Below, piece after piece: positions 12,633-26,929 of a stretch of DNA of 64,000 nucleotides; within the stretch, counting starts at the first letter, position 1; each line of letters opens with the position of its first letter. The notes beneath the pieces were generated by a model. It saw nothing but the letters and a program-made list of their open reading frames with translations, was not told the origin of the DNA and did no database searches. Source of the stretch: Eledone cirrhosa (Eukaryota). The stretch lies in contig OZ024755.1 of NCBI GenBank assembly GCA_964016885.1, forward strand, positions 7,936,001 through 8,000,000. The letters are read 5' to 3'. The position numbers and the translations under genes were made by a program.

Positions 12633-13729
12633 CTTCTTCTCTCATATTCCTGAGAGGGTCGTGGGGGAAAGTCCTCCAACACTCCTTCCAGTGGGTCCTC
12701 TACATAGGTGTGGACCGTAAATTTCACTCCAATGTCATTATATATCACCATTTCATTTCAGTTTCCCACATAATATCAACAGAAATATCGTTGTTGTACA
12801 TAAATATCTAAAAAAAAACACAACCATTCAAATCTCCACCTATATGTCCCTGGTGAGATTTGAAAGTTCGATAGAGAGCTTCCAATTAGTGAAATATCTC
12901 GCTAAGGGAATGAGCCACCATATAATATCAATAGAAAATCTTTTAACACTACATAAAGAAAGCACAGACCAAATATCCACCATTTGTTCTGTCCATAGTG
13001 AATACAATAACTCAAAGAAAGGAAACCATTCTGCTAGTTTAGTTTAGATGTACAACCATTCCTATTGAGAAAATCTGACCCGTTGGGATTCTGTCTCTCT
13101 GTATTTACCCTTTATTTTGACCTTTTTTTAGTTGATTGCATGCCAATTCAGCGATAGAAACACAAAGCTAAATATCTGTTCTCCCCATCAGTTCAACGTG
13201 TCAATCAAGTTAGTGGTAATGTTTCCCAGGGAAATTCGATTTAATCTCGGCTTCCTTTACAACAATTCAACTTGTCCATTGTTTCGTATCTTTTGTTGTT
13301 GTTTTCTAAAACAAGCCAATAAAGGCTCTCATTAATGCTGTATAATTGATTTAATCTACATTTCATTGCCATATTTCCTTCCGTAGTTCCATATAACAAC
13401 GATATCAATAATAAAAGAGATATCGATTCTTCCTAATCGATATTCGCCATTCTTCATTTCTCATCACTTCCCTCTCTTTCTCCCTCCACACACACATATA
13501 GGCATATATAATTATATATATATATATATACATATATGTATGCATCTACCCCCCCTCTCTCTCTCATATATATATATATATGTAACTACTAACAGAAATA
13601 ACTTTTTCTTTTAAAGGAACAACACCTTACTCTCGTATGTGTTCCTTCACTTTGCTACCTCTTTCCTCTCGTTATATTACTCTGTGTTTCAACCGCTCTT
13701 TAATAATTCTCTATATTAATGTACATCTG

Positions 13730-13785
<56 letters not shown>

Positions 13786-14556
13786 ATTCTCGCCTCTACA
13801 TCTCTCCCACCTAGACCAGTCCCCTGACATTATAAGCTAGTTGTCTTCCTTCTGTAGAACAATAGCAACATTTCGCCTATCATCAAATTCATGTTTCCTG
13901 CTCTGAGCTTAATTAGTTTAACATTTATGTAAGCACTCTTGCTTTGGTTAAGCAATATCACCCGTCTCCTCCTTCTATAGTTTCTACCTCTTCCTCTTAC
14001 CCTTCTTCTTTTTCTGATTCACGCCTCTTCTCTCCCTCTCTCTCACCCCTATTATAACATATTACTGTCCTGCCATCATCTCATGAAGGCCTAGCCCTCT
14101 CTCCTCTTTACCAACCAGCTTGTCTTTCATTATACTCTAATGTTACACAAATGTTGTTATAACCGTATGAAAATACCTTCAGTCCTCTCCACACAACATT
14201 TCACATCTCAACAATCTGAATTACTAGCTAATTGTCTTTCGTAGAGATTTTCTGAAATCAAATTAATAAAATCTGTTAGTTTTTATAACACAAGTGTACC
14301 GGGTTCGATATCTACTTACAACCAAATCTTTCCCTACTTTCCATATTAGTGGCATATTTTTGAAAATATATTTTTTGTTTGTGTGACGTAAGTTATGTTA
14401 GTGATATGAAGTTAATGAAATTAATAAATAACCAATTAAATGGCTTATCGTTTGCTAACTAATCACGTGTTTAATGTCCATTTTTTTTTTGTTAACAGGG
14501 GATTATATGTCCTATTATTTAGACAATTTTCTATCGACAAAAAATGTCCATGAAGC

Positions 14557-14656
14557 TTGAACCTTTCTCATATATATATATATATATCAAGGGTGAACCT
14601 AATACTAACACTTTGTACTGCACTCTTCGTTATTGTTTTTGTTTTTTGTTTTAACT

Positions 14657-14722
<66 letters not shown>

Positions 14723-14820
14723 AGTTAAAACAAAAAACAAAAACAATAACGAAGAGTGCAGTACAAAGTGTTAGTATTAGGTTCACCCTTGATATATATA
14801 TATATATGAGAAAGGTTCAA
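14557..14820. mobile_element. Palindrome centred on (TA)n, containing a PLE-like 3' end
   Basis: 14557-14658 is the reverse complement of ~14722-14820; GAGTGC at 14754-14759. Confidence 0.75.
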
Positions 14821-15407
14821 CAATATCTTTTGCATTTGCATTTATATTCTATGTCCATACTGCATTGTTTTGGCTTTACAAATACAAACGTTTATACCTC
14901 ATTACACAATGCTTCAAGGGAACTATAACTTCCTCCATATATATACATATATATATATATGTATATATATGGGAAAGTAAAAAGCAACAACACAGGAGTA
15001 AAATTTACAAAAGGTATTACGTTCGCGCTTATTGAGAGTGGAGGGTGTGGGTGCGACGTTTCGGGCATAATCCCTTCAACAGTAGAGTGGTGGGAAGGAG
15101 AAGGAGGACGAGGAGAAAGTGGGGAAAAAACTATATATATCTTTTTTTTTTTTTCATACACAGGTGGCAGGAAAATGATCTTTTATTCTTTTCTGCACAA
15201 CAATGACATGTACCCATAAAGAAGAACTAATCAACAGATAGGTAGGTAGATAGATATGTTAAGAGATAAATATATTGATGACTCTGTTTGTGTGTCCGAA
15301 GGTAAATAAGTACATAGGTAGGAAGCTAGCTGCTGTTCGCACTGTTGATTATCTTGTCTACACTGTGAGATAAAGAAAGTGGTAGGGATATATCAACAAG
15401 AATATAT

Positions 15408-16012
15408 CAACAACATCAGCAACAGTAACCATCACAACCACATCACAACATCAGCAACAGTAACCATCACAACCACATCACAACATCAGCAACAGTAACC
15501 ATCACAACCACATCACAACAACACCAACAACAGTAACCATCAGAACCATATCTCAACAGTAACCATCAGAACAACATCAACAATAGTAGCCATCACAACA
15601 ACATTAACCATCACAACCACAACGTCTCAACAGTAACCATCACAACAACAGTAGCCATCACAACAACAGTAGCCACCACAACAACAGTAGCCATCACAAC
15701 AACATTAACCATCAGAACCACAACATCTCAACAGTAGCCATCACAACAACAGTAACGATCACAACAACAGTAACCATCACAACAACAGTAGCCATCACAA
15801 CAACAGTAACCATCATGACGACAGTAACCATCACAATAACATCAACAATAGTAGCCATCACAACAACATTAACCATCTGAACCACAACATCTCAACAGTA
15901 ACCATCACAACAACAGTAATCATCACAACAGCAGTAAACATCACAACGACAGTAACCATCACAACAACACTAACCATCACAACGACAGTAACCATCACAA
16001 CAACAATAACAA
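15408..16012. repeat. 18-bp minisatellite (CAACAGTAACCATCACAA) with local 42-bp units
   Basis: Direct reading. Confidence 0.9.
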
Positions 16013-16355
16013 CAAAAGGCTAACTAAATACAAAAACGATATCGAGAGATTATTATACATGACATTAAATTTATTGATTTTGAAATAAAAGGTCACGAAA
16101 GTACAAACTATTCCATGATGTCAATTCGGAATATTTCAATCAATAATTTTTTTTTTCAAATTTGATTCTCTTATTCTCTCCCCCACCCTCACCACCACCA
16201 TAAATATCACTGTATTTATAAAACAACAACAACAACAGCAGTAAAACAAAACAAAATGTTTCCCTCTTGATGAATTGAACTTGTATGTGATTGTGATAGA
16301 GAGGACAAAGTGTTACAAATAAACTAATTAGCATTTTAATGGCGGAGACATTAAC

Positions 16356-16474
<119 letters not shown>

Positions 16475-16583
16475 TGGTAAATATGGTACATAGTCAGACT
16501 AATATATGATGTTCAGAAGTTAGTTCCGTCGTCTTTTTGTCGTTATTTCCCAAATCCCACATGAAACGAATTAACCGTTTACT

Positions 16584-16596
16584 CCACCAGGGGGCG
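16584..16596 (+). promoter_or_regulatory. CTCF consensus-like site
   Basis: CCACCAGGGGGCG in unique AT-rich sequence. Confidence 0.4.
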
Positions 16597-16899
16597 ATGA
16601 AATATTATAAGTGCTGGTCACATGCTACAGTTTATTGAGTCGATTGTAGCCGGTCTGTTCGGATATTAGTCCTGCTTCGTATCAAACTGAAAGTGTTGAG
16701 GAGTAGACTCGACAAGGCTGAGGAAAACTAATCGAAAGATTAATGGTTTGTATCCGATCACAGTCACCATGTTGTGAACTAAAAGGCCAGTTCTACTTAG
16801 CTCTAACTTGTTTTAGTTATTAACAAATAAAATGTCATATTCTTTCGTACTCTCGTTCTGTCTCTCGCCTGAATGTTCCTCGTGGTCTCAACAGATAAT

Positions 16900-17083
16900 A
16901 TTTATTTCTACTTTTGGCACAAGGCCAACAACTAACCCAAGAGCATTACTGGTACTTTATTTTATCGACCCCATAAGGATGAAAGACAAAGTTAACCTCA
17001 GCGGGATTTGAACTCATACCATAAAGGGCCGTAACTCTTTGCTGCTAAGCATGGCGTCCGACCCTCTACCGATACTGCCAATC
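16900..17083 (-). mobile_element. Meta-domain tRNA SINE (short subfamily)
   Basis: Match to SINE consensus. Confidence 0.9.
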
Positions 17084-17815
17084 TTACTGCAAAGGCGTTA
17101 ATACGAAAAATAGCAAAGGAAATGCGCTGAAAGAGACAATCCAAGTCACGGGTTTCATTCTTGCAAGCCCCCGAACAGGCCTGTTCGAGATTTATTATCA
17201 AAAGTATTTCAGCCATAATCATTTTCTTTTTCAAGCATGATATACCCTGGGCTGGACTGAAATAACTAATGAGTCCCATTTAAATACGATATGGTTTGAC
17301 CGGAGGAAGATTTTAGTCGTTATTAGTGTTGGTGGTCATGTTGATTATTATAACCGTGGTAGTTGTTATTGTGAGGGTTCTGATATTGTTGGTGATGGCG
17401 ATGATGGGGATGATGGTGATGATGATGCGGAATGATGTTCTTAATACGGAGGATGGTGACATTAGGGGTTGTTTGAAGTGTGTGATGATAAATATACTTA
17501 AATAAGTTCCTTGAAGTCTTAACTGTTGACATTTCTTGTCAAAATAAGTACAAAGAGCAAACGACGTAAATGTTAAAACAAACATAGTTAACCAAAGAAA
17601 CGGGTAAAAAAATCCCCTAGGGATTTAGGGTGCTCCCCCGAAATGATCTAAAGCCCCACCACAGCGCCAAAGCCTGGTGACAGGCTTCCATAATTACATA
17701 TTTTTTTAAGCACAGTATTCCACTTAGAACTGTATTATACAATATGTACTTTTTTTAAAACTATTATATTTTTCAGTATAAGACGTCCTGTGAAGGTAGC
17801 CTCGTTGCTTTCAAC

Positions 17816-17865
<50 letters not shown>

Positions 17866-17866
17866 A

Positions 17867-17914
<48 letters not shown>

Positions 17915-17935
17915 CAACAGCAGCAGCACTAGCAG
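17816..17935. repeat. (AGT)n microsatellite
   Basis: Direct reading. Confidence 0.95.
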
Positions 17936-18062
17936 CCGCAACAGAAGCCACGTTGAGAGATGAATCATGTTTTCCGACATGACAGTAATTCTACTTAACG
18001 CCTTGTTAGACTCACAGAGCCTGAAGAGAGAAGGATAGAGAGAGAGAACGAGAGAGAGAGAA

Positions 18063-18136
<74 letters not shown>

Positions 18137-18287
18137 CGAGGGAGAGAGAATGAGAGGGGGGAAAGAAATGTGTTAGTGTTTAAGAAACAGAAACGGCAAT
18201 AATATTATTATTATTGTTGTTGTTGTTTCTGTGATTGTTTGAGTGTCTGTAATTGTGAGTGTTTGTGATTGTTTAAATCTTGTTATG

Positions 18288-18368
18288 TGGAGGCGCCTGG
18301 ATTAGTGGTTAGGGTGTTCGGCTCAAAATCGTAAGGTCATGAGTTCGATTCCCGGCGGCGTGTTGTCT
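18288..18368 (+). mobile_element. tRNA-like head of a second SINE family
   Basis: A-box TGGATTAGTGG and B-box GAGTTCGATTCC followed by GTGTTGT; no intact cloverleaf. Confidence 0.7.
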
Positions 18369-18790
18369 CATTTCAGAAAGACTATGTGGTGTGGCCTGAG
18401 AAAGATTCTAGTTGTTGTTAGTAGTGTTGGTCATAACGATTGTTATAAGCGTGGTAGTGGTTATTGTGAGGGTTCTGGTAAAGGTGATGGCGTTTACAGT
18501 GATAATGTAAGTAATGGGAAGAAGGTGGGTGGCTTAGTGATTAAGGTGATCAAGTCAAGATCTTGAAGTCGATACCCGACGGAGAGTTGCGTCATTGAAA
18601 AGAAAATAGTATTAATATCTGGATGTCCATCATTTAATGGTTTTACGTAGAGATGCACGGATATAGACTATGTTGTCAGGAAACAAAACCCTAAAACAAA
18701 TACCGCCAGGTCCACGATTCCACTCACAACCTTAGACTGTTATTTCATTTATCGATCATGGAAAGATGAAGAGTAAATTTGATCTTGATG

Positions 18791-19062
18791 GGATTTGAAC
18801 TCAGAAATGGCGGGAACAGAATAAACACCATAAGATATTTCGTCCGATGTTTTCACTCTTCTGCCAATCTACTACATAGACTGATGGCTAACTGATGGCT
18901 AAGATGAAATGATGGATTGTTAGTAAGGATTTGAACTGAGAAATGGCGGCAACAGAATAAACACCATAAGATATTTCGTCCGATGTTTTCACTCTTCTGC
19001 CAATCTACTACATAGACTGGTGGCTAACTGATGGCTAAGGTGAAATGATGGATTGTTAGTAA
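18791..19062. repeat. 136-bp direct tandem duplication containing an old SINE head (minus strand)
   Basis: Units start at 18791 and 18927 with GGATTTGAACT; few mismatches. Confidence 0.9.
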
Positions 19063-19444
19063 AGATTCAGTATTAAGAGTTTCCAGATGTCGTGAATACT
19101 AAGTCACTGGAGCCAAATAACCTTATTTTCTCTACATCACTTTCTTCCTTTCTCAAATAAAGAAGCCCTATTCAATGAATCCTTATTTATTCTGTTGACC
19201 AACAGAGACGATCCCAAGGGAGACTTCGTTAATCTCCAGGCATAACAGAATTTAAATAAACAGGCGAGGTGAAATTTCAGCTGTTCTTTCATATTCTACT
19301 TGGTTCCTATTTATAACAGGTTCAATCTATGCCTACTCCCTGTCTTTCTCTCTCAGACTTGTGTTTTTATATTTGATATTGTTATTTATTCATACATACA
19401 TACATATATATATATATGTGTGTATATATATATGTATATATGTA

Positions 19445-19475
<31 letters not shown>

Positions 19476-19946
19476 AACAAATGCGTTCGTGAGTTAATGC
19501 AGATATATACCTCTCCCCTCACCTCTCATCTCTCTCTCTTTCGCTTCCTTTCTCTCTCTTTCTCTCTTATAATCCCTCTCTCTCTCTCTCTGGCTCTCTT
19601 TCTTTCTCTCTCTTTCTTTCCCACTCCCTTTCCCTCTCAATCTCTCTCAATCTCACTCCCTCTCCCTCTCTTACAGTCTCTCTCACTCTCTCCCTCACTC
19701 TAACCCCCCCCCCATACATGTCTCTAGCTATTGTTACCCAGCCTCCTTCTGTGTAACATCTTCATGTTAACATCCCCTATTTAAACTTAACAGTGTCCAT
19801 CTGTTTCAGGTTTTACTCCACTGTAAGTCAACATTCCCTCCTACTAACTCCCCACCACTGCCTATCAGTCCTTCTGTCTGTTGGTCCCTTGTCTGCATAA
19901 ATGTTTCTATTCCCCCTCTTTCTCTCTCTTTCTCTCTCTCTATATA

Positions 19947-20015
<69 letters not shown>

Positions 20016-20063
20016 TGTGTGTGTGTGTGTGTATATATATGTATATATATATATATGTATATA

Positions 20064-20142
<79 letters not shown>

Positions 20143-20143
<1 letters not shown>

Positions 20144-20198
20144 AGATTTCCTGGTGGAAGTTCAGGTAAACTCCGGGTTGATATCCAGTTTCGGGTGA

Positions 20199-20245
<47 letters not shown>

Positions 20246-20393
20246 ATATACACACACACATACACACACATATATATATATATAATTATATATATATATA
20301 TATTGGATTTTCATCCCGAAACTGTAAATCAACCCAGAGTTTACCTGAACTTCCACGAGGAAATCTTTTGTATCACTGAAATTTTCTTTGCTT

Positions 20394-20396
<3 letters not shown>
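20143..20396. mobile_element. Fold-back PLE-like terminus split by a microsatellite (arms 20143-20208 / 20301-20367)
   Basis: Diverged inverted arms with a CCCGAAACTG..TC ribozyme-like 3' half; TA flanks. Confidence 0.6.
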
Positions 20397-20471
<75 letters not shown>

Positions 20472-20848
20472 AACGAGGAGTTATACTATCATCGTTATGT
20501 TTATTCAGGTCTGACACGTGTTTCGCGAGTGATCAAATACACAGATCTAAAAAAATATGTACCTAACTTTCAAATATATTTACTGAGTTTGATTTGATCG
20601 ACTAAATAAAAGCAACGTTCTATCATGGCTGCAATCTTTATGTTAGTTCCTCTCCTGGAGATATTAGGGGCTTGAAAATCTGTACATAGGGGAGAAACAG
20701 ATGAACATTTGTAATATTTGTTTACTGTTGTTTAAAATAATCTTATTTACTTTGGTATAATTAGCAAAGACTCTTTTACATAGCTCCTGGTCCTTGTTAT
20801 TCTTACTAATAAACAAAAGCTAAATCTCTCTCTATATATATATATCTG

Positions 20849-20888
<40 letters not shown>

Positions 20889-21257
20889 GCATGCATACAC
20901 ACAAATACATTCACACTTGCATAAACATAAATGTGAGGGTGTGTGAACGTACGTGTGTGTATGTATGTATATATATGTGTGTGTGTGTACGTATGTATAT
21001 ATATATATGTGTGTGTGTATGTATATATGTGTGTGTGTGTATATTATGTGTGTGTGTATATATATATATATATGTGTGTGTGTGTCGCCACTTCCTATTC
21101 TTTTTGCCATACCCGAAGCTGTATATTTTCTCTTTCTGTCTTTCCCACTTTTCCAATCCAACTCCACTCACTAATTTATATTTACTTATTTACCTTTCTC
21201 TCCATATCTTATCTATATACATCTCTCTCACTCTTTCTCTCTCTCTCGCTCTCTCTG

Positions 21258-21426
<169 letters not shown>

Positions 21427-21448
21427 TCACACACACACACACACACAT

Positions 21449-21498
<50 letters not shown>

Positions 21499-22447
21499 AT
21501 ATATATATAACTATCGTATATCCTATTTCATCTTTACCTCAATGAACACTACAATTCTACAATTCTACAATACTCACACCTACATACATGCCTACATAGA
21601 CACCTACATACAATGCTATACGCCATCTTGTGTGCTAACAACAGCCATTCAATCAAGAATGAAGTTGTTTAAGCCAAACTCCCGAAATTAGTGACGAGAG
21701 CCTTAATAAAAGATTATTTCTCGCTCCTACTGACTTGTCCCTTATGTTTCTTTGTGAGCAAACTCAGTCTCGCTTGTCTAAATTTCTTAATGTCTCCTTG
21801 AAATACAATTACGGACCAAACATATAGGCACCATTAATCAGAATTACGAAAACGTCTTTTTAGCGAAATTTCAGCAGACGATAACACATCTGCCGACATA
21901 TATCTGACCTCCATAATTAGAGACAGAGAATGGAATAGACAAAGAGTTAAAGAGGAACAGAGAGAGGAGGGATAGATAGATAGATAGATAGATAGATAGA
22001 CAGATAGAGAGAGAGAGTTTGAGAAGAATGAATAGAGATAAGGAAGAATAGATTTAGAGAGGAAAGAATAGAGAGAAAGAGAGAGAGTTAGAGAAGGCTA
22101 GAGACGAATGATTAGAGAGAGAGAGGGTGAGACAGAGAGTGAGAAAGATTGGAAATAAAAGAGTTAAAGAAGAGATATAGATACGGTGAGAGAAAGAGGG
22201 AATGAGAGAGAGAGAGAGAGAGAAAGTAAACGAGAGAAAATATAGAGACACAAAGAGAGGGGGAGAGATAGAATGAAAGACACACACACGCACACACACA
22301 CACATACACACATACACACACACACATACATACACACACATATATATATATATATATTATTATTACTATTATTATATATATACATTTATATGTGTGTATA
22401 TATATATATACATATATATATATATTTATATATACATATATATATAC

Positions 22448-22494
<47 letters not shown>

Positions 22495-22591
22495 TACATA
22501 TATATACATATATATATATATACATTTATATATATATATACATATATATATAAATATACACATATATATATATATATATGTACGTATATAT

Positions 22592-22627
<36 letters not shown>

Positions 22628-22631
22628 GTAC

Positions 22632-22678
<47 letters not shown>

Positions 22679-22869
22679 CATATATACATATATATACATA
22701 TATATATGAAGTAAAGAACTAGATAATTGAATAAAATTAATGAAGAAAAGTGGAAGTCGTTGTTATTTGGTTGGAGGCGAGAAGAATTCTTTGATTTTCC
22801 GCCGACGGTCCAGCTTCCAGTTGGTTACATAGAGGCTGGCTATACAGTGAAGTGGCTTATTGCACTACT

Positions 22870-22883
22870 GAACAACTACAACA

Positions 22884-22932
<49 letters not shown>

Positions 22933-23722
22933 TAACTACTACTACTACTACAACAACTACTACTATTACAACTACTACTACTACTACTACAACTACTACA
23001 ACTACTACTACTACTACTACTACTACTACAACAACTACTACTACTACTACTACTATAACTACTACTACTACTACAACAACTACTACTATTACAACTACTA
23101 CTACTACTACTACTACAACTACTACTACTACTACTGCTACTACAACTACTACTACAACTACTACAACTACAACTACTACTACTACAACAACTACTACTAC
23201 AACTACTACAACTACTACTACTACAACAACAACTACAACAACAACTACAACTACAACAACAATTACAACAATAACAACAACAACTACAACTACAACAACA
23301 ACTACAACAACAACTACAACAACAACTATAACAGCAACTTCAACAATAACAACAACAACTACTACTACATCAGCTGCAACATCAACATCAACATCAACAA
23401 CAACTGGAACCACCACCACTACCACCACCACAGCAACAACAACTACAACAGCAACTTCAACAATAACAACAACAACAGCAGCAGCTGCAACATCAACAAC
23501 AAACGCAACCACCACCACCACAACAACAACAACAACTACAACAACAGCAACATCAATAACAGTAACTGCAACTACCACCACTACTACTACTAATAATAAT
23601 AATAATGCTACTACTACAGCAACAACAACAATAACAGCAACAGCAGCAACAACAACAGCAGCAGTAGCATCAAACAACAACAAAACGGCAACTACAACAA
23701 CAATAACAACTCCAGCAGCAGC
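22870..23722. repeat. Compound (TAC)n/(AAC)n trinucleotide tract
   Basis: Direct reading. Confidence 0.95.
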
Positions 23723-23811
23723 ATCAAGAGAGAGTGTGTGTGTGTGTGTGTGTATGTGTGTGTATGTCTGTGTATATGTATGTTTGTATATGTGAGTGTT
23801 AGTGTGTGTGT

Positions 23812-23874
<63 letters not shown>

Positions 23875-24049
23875 TGTGTAATGTATGTTTCTATATGTGT
23901 GTGTTAGTGTGTGTGTGTGATAGAAAGGGGAAGTGAGAAAGAAGTATAGAGTAAGAAACGAGTCCAATATTGAACTTAGAGGCGCAGAGGGTCGTAACAA
24001 CCACCTCAGAGCTTTCCATACGACTTTCTTAGACTCTGCCAAATTACCG

Positions 24050-24385
24050 CCTTCGGGCTGAGGGGGCCAAACTCCTCAAATACCGGTCGCTCGCCAACAG
24101 GTTTGCGGTCATTCCCCTGGCAATGGAAACTTCTGTGTCCTCGGCCCCAGGGCTACCTCCTTACTCACCACCATAGGCGCCGAGCTTGCCAGCCGCAGGT
24201 GTGAGTCCCGCGAGTTTGAGTGGCTTTTCTAGCGCGTCTCCCTTGCCGTCCTCCGGGGAAACGCCTTCTCCATTCTGTCCGCCGGGGCTGTGGGTGGGCC
24301 CCATCGCGTACCAATACATTAGTTAAATACCATTCTTTCATCTTCATCTGATACAACACAATAAAGACTAAAGTGTTTTAAAAAA
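24050..24385 (+). mobile_element. CRE-clade non-LTR retrotransposon 3' fragment (frameshifted, internal stop)
   Basis: AEGAKLLKYRSLANRFAVIPLAMETS..LGPRATSLLTTIGAELASRRCESREFEWLF*RVSLAVLRGNAFSIL; AATAAA and A-run downstream. Confidence 0.8.
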
Positions 24386-24419
24386 AGAATAAGCTATAGT
24401 AGGACTTGTTTGTATATAT

Positions 24420-24563
24420 ATAGAAGTGGTAACACAACAGTTAGTTCACCATATCGAAACAATTGTTCTCGATATGGTGAACTAACTGTTGTGTTACCAC
24501 TTCTATCTAACTCGTCCCATGGACTGAGTGCTCTAGCACAACGGATGTTACCTGGGTTCTACC
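24420..24563 (+). mobile_element. Fold-back PLE-like terminus (arms 24420-24457 / 24469-24506)
   Basis: 38-bp perfect arms around the self-complementary AACAATTGTT; GAGTGC at 24526-24531. Confidence 0.65.
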
Positions 24564-24565
24564 CC

Positions 24566-24636
<71 letters not shown>

Positions 24637-24818
24637 ATAATAATAAATTTGAAGACTAAAATCCAAAGAGGGCTCGATAAGGATAAATATATATCAAATA
24701 TATAAGAACCGTAGACCATAGAGAGAGAGAGAATGCGTCACCAAAAAATGTATACACATTTTGATTATATTTATGTTGAAGTGTGCATATATATACATAT
24801 ATATAGGCATAAATACAT

Positions 24819-24905
<87 letters not shown>

Positions 24906-24908
<3 letters not shown>

Positions 24909-25080
24909 TGGTTGCCAACTCGTTTTCGAGTACGGCCACTACTTTATATCCATGTAGGAGAACCCCTACCGATGCGCTGAACGAATGTGACTTTTCAGTC
25001 CAGCCAGCGACTTGAAAACTCTGGTACAAACACTACACTTGTGACAATTATTGACACATAGTGCTGGGCCCATGGTACCA
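24906..25080 (-). mobile_element. RTE-derived element, 3' part
   Basis: Reverse complement of 55854-56030; flanked by (TA)n and (CATA)n. Confidence 0.75.
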
Positions 25081-25105
25081 TATACATACATATATATATA
25101 TATAT

Positions 25106-25416
25106 GCAAAAGTTTTATTTAAAATTGTTGGGTTACAACAAGTAAATATTTTATAACTGATATAAAGCACTCGACAAGTTTTTGGAGTAGATATACGATA
25201 TTAAACAAATGGAAACTATATTTATAAAACCATATTTATTTCATTATACATATTTCAGGGATACCATATTAAAAATATGGCATGCCTTCGTCAGATAAAA
25301 TACAATATATAACCAGTTTTATAAATAATTTTGACGTACCATAATATGGTATGCCTGAAATATGTATAATGAAATAAATATGGTTTTATAAATATAGTTT
25401 CCATTTGTTTAATATC

Positions 25417-25421
<5 letters not shown>
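25106..25421. mobile_element. Fold-back PLE-like element (arms ~25191-25270 / 25343-25421)
   Basis: Inverted arms, complete hammerhead on minus strand, GCACTC at 25167-25172, TA flanks. Confidence 0.8.
25237..25302 (-). ncRNA. Minimal type I hammerhead ribozyme
   Basis: Minus strand TATTTTAT-CTGACGA-AGGCATGCCATATT-TTT-AATATGGTATCCCT-GAAA-TATGTA-TA-ATGAAATA; 8-bp stem I (1 G-U), 14-bp stem II (1 mismatch). Confidence 0.85.
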
Positions 25422-25464
<43 letters not shown>

Positions 25465-25808
25465 AAATGAATAAACGAAACGAAGTTGTTAGTGGCAGAT
25501 GTCTGGCTTAAGGCTTGTGGAAGAAATAGAATGAGAGTTGGTCAGAGTGATGTTCCATTTGCAGGAAACATCTGTAAAAGATGTAATAGATCGTTGTTAA
25601 ACACAGCCGAGTCACTTGACAACATGACACTGAAATACGGGCTGACTTCTAGACACATACTCATACACATGCAGATCATATATACACCATATATACATCA
25701 CACGACAGTACATAGACTCTCTGCCAGAAACTAACAAACTCTTATAAAATGAGGCACACGCAAATATATAAATAATTAAATACATGCAAACACACACGCA
25801 CACCCATG

Positions 25809-25842
<34 letters not shown>

Positions 25843-25911
25843 CACATACATACACACACCCACACACACGCGCGCACACACACACACCCACACACACGCG
25901 CGCACGCACAC

Positions 25912-25962
<51 letters not shown>

Positions 25963-26038
25963 CATGCTTTTACGTGTTTTAAGCGACGAGGGTTGAAATT
26001 AGAAAATTGAATTGCATTAGCTTATACACACACACATT

Positions 26039-26071
<33 letters not shown>

Positions 26072-26123
26072 GTGAACAGATTCAGGACCCCGACGGCTCA
26101 GCTCCGGCCTTTTCGACAGCTAG

Positions 26124-26222
<99 letters not shown>

Positions 26223-26614
26223 TTTAGATTTCTTATACTAGAGAAATATATATTATCACGACTTTATTCTCTCTTTTTATCAAGAGAGTTTTTCATATTT
26301 TTGTGTGACCCCCTTTGTAGTTTGGTTGAAACAATCATCAGTGTTTGTAGTTGTTTGAAGTTGTAGTTGTTTGTAGTTGTAGTTGTTCAGGATTAAATAA
26401 CCTTGGCGTGTATTTCAGCCTCACCTAGTATGTAGTGGCAATGGAATTGGTACAGAAGTTATGGTTTCTTTATATCTAGTGAATCTATTTGTTTACGGCA
26501 GAAGAACTATACTGAACAAAATTCAGAGGAAGAGATATACAAATATATATATGGTACGATACATTTTAATATGGAAAGTCTTTGATGAATTAGAAAACGG
26601 GTAGAGCACTGTCG

Positions 26615-26835
26615 ATAACCGTTTCTGATTTAGGCACAAGGCCAAACATTTGAGGGAGGGGAAAGTCGATTAAATTGACCCCAGTGCATTACTGGTGCTT
26701 TATTTTATCAACTCCCGTATGGAGAAAATGCATAGCTAACCTCAGCGGGATTTGAACACAGAACGTAAAGGGGTGTAACTCTATGCCGCTAATCTTGTTG
26801 TCTGACGCTCTACCGATACTCGCAATCCACCACCC
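26615..26835 (-). mobile_element. Meta-domain tRNA SINE (long subfamily)
   Basis: Match to consensus with GGGGAAAGTCGATTAAATTGACCCC segment. Confidence 0.88.
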
Positions 26836-26929
26836 TTTTAGAGAAAGAAATAATAATAATAATACTGAAACAATGATAATACGATGGAATAGCAGAAGTA
26901 TTGGAGTCTTAAGATAATTAGTTACGATT

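Noticed and set aside
18288-18360. tRNA gene
   Set aside because: A/B boxes are present but the acceptor stem does not close and the sequence continues into a SINE body.
22727-23683. Poly-Y/N and poly-V ORFs (also 29437-30228, 41011-41647, 50649-51435)
   Set aside because: Trinucleotide tracts open in several frames on both strands; no domain or splice support.
25489-25571. Possible minus-strand terminal exon (TTTTACAG acceptor, VSCKWNITLTNSHSISSTSLKPDICH*)
   Set aside because: No recognisable homology and no partner exons found; compatible with chance.
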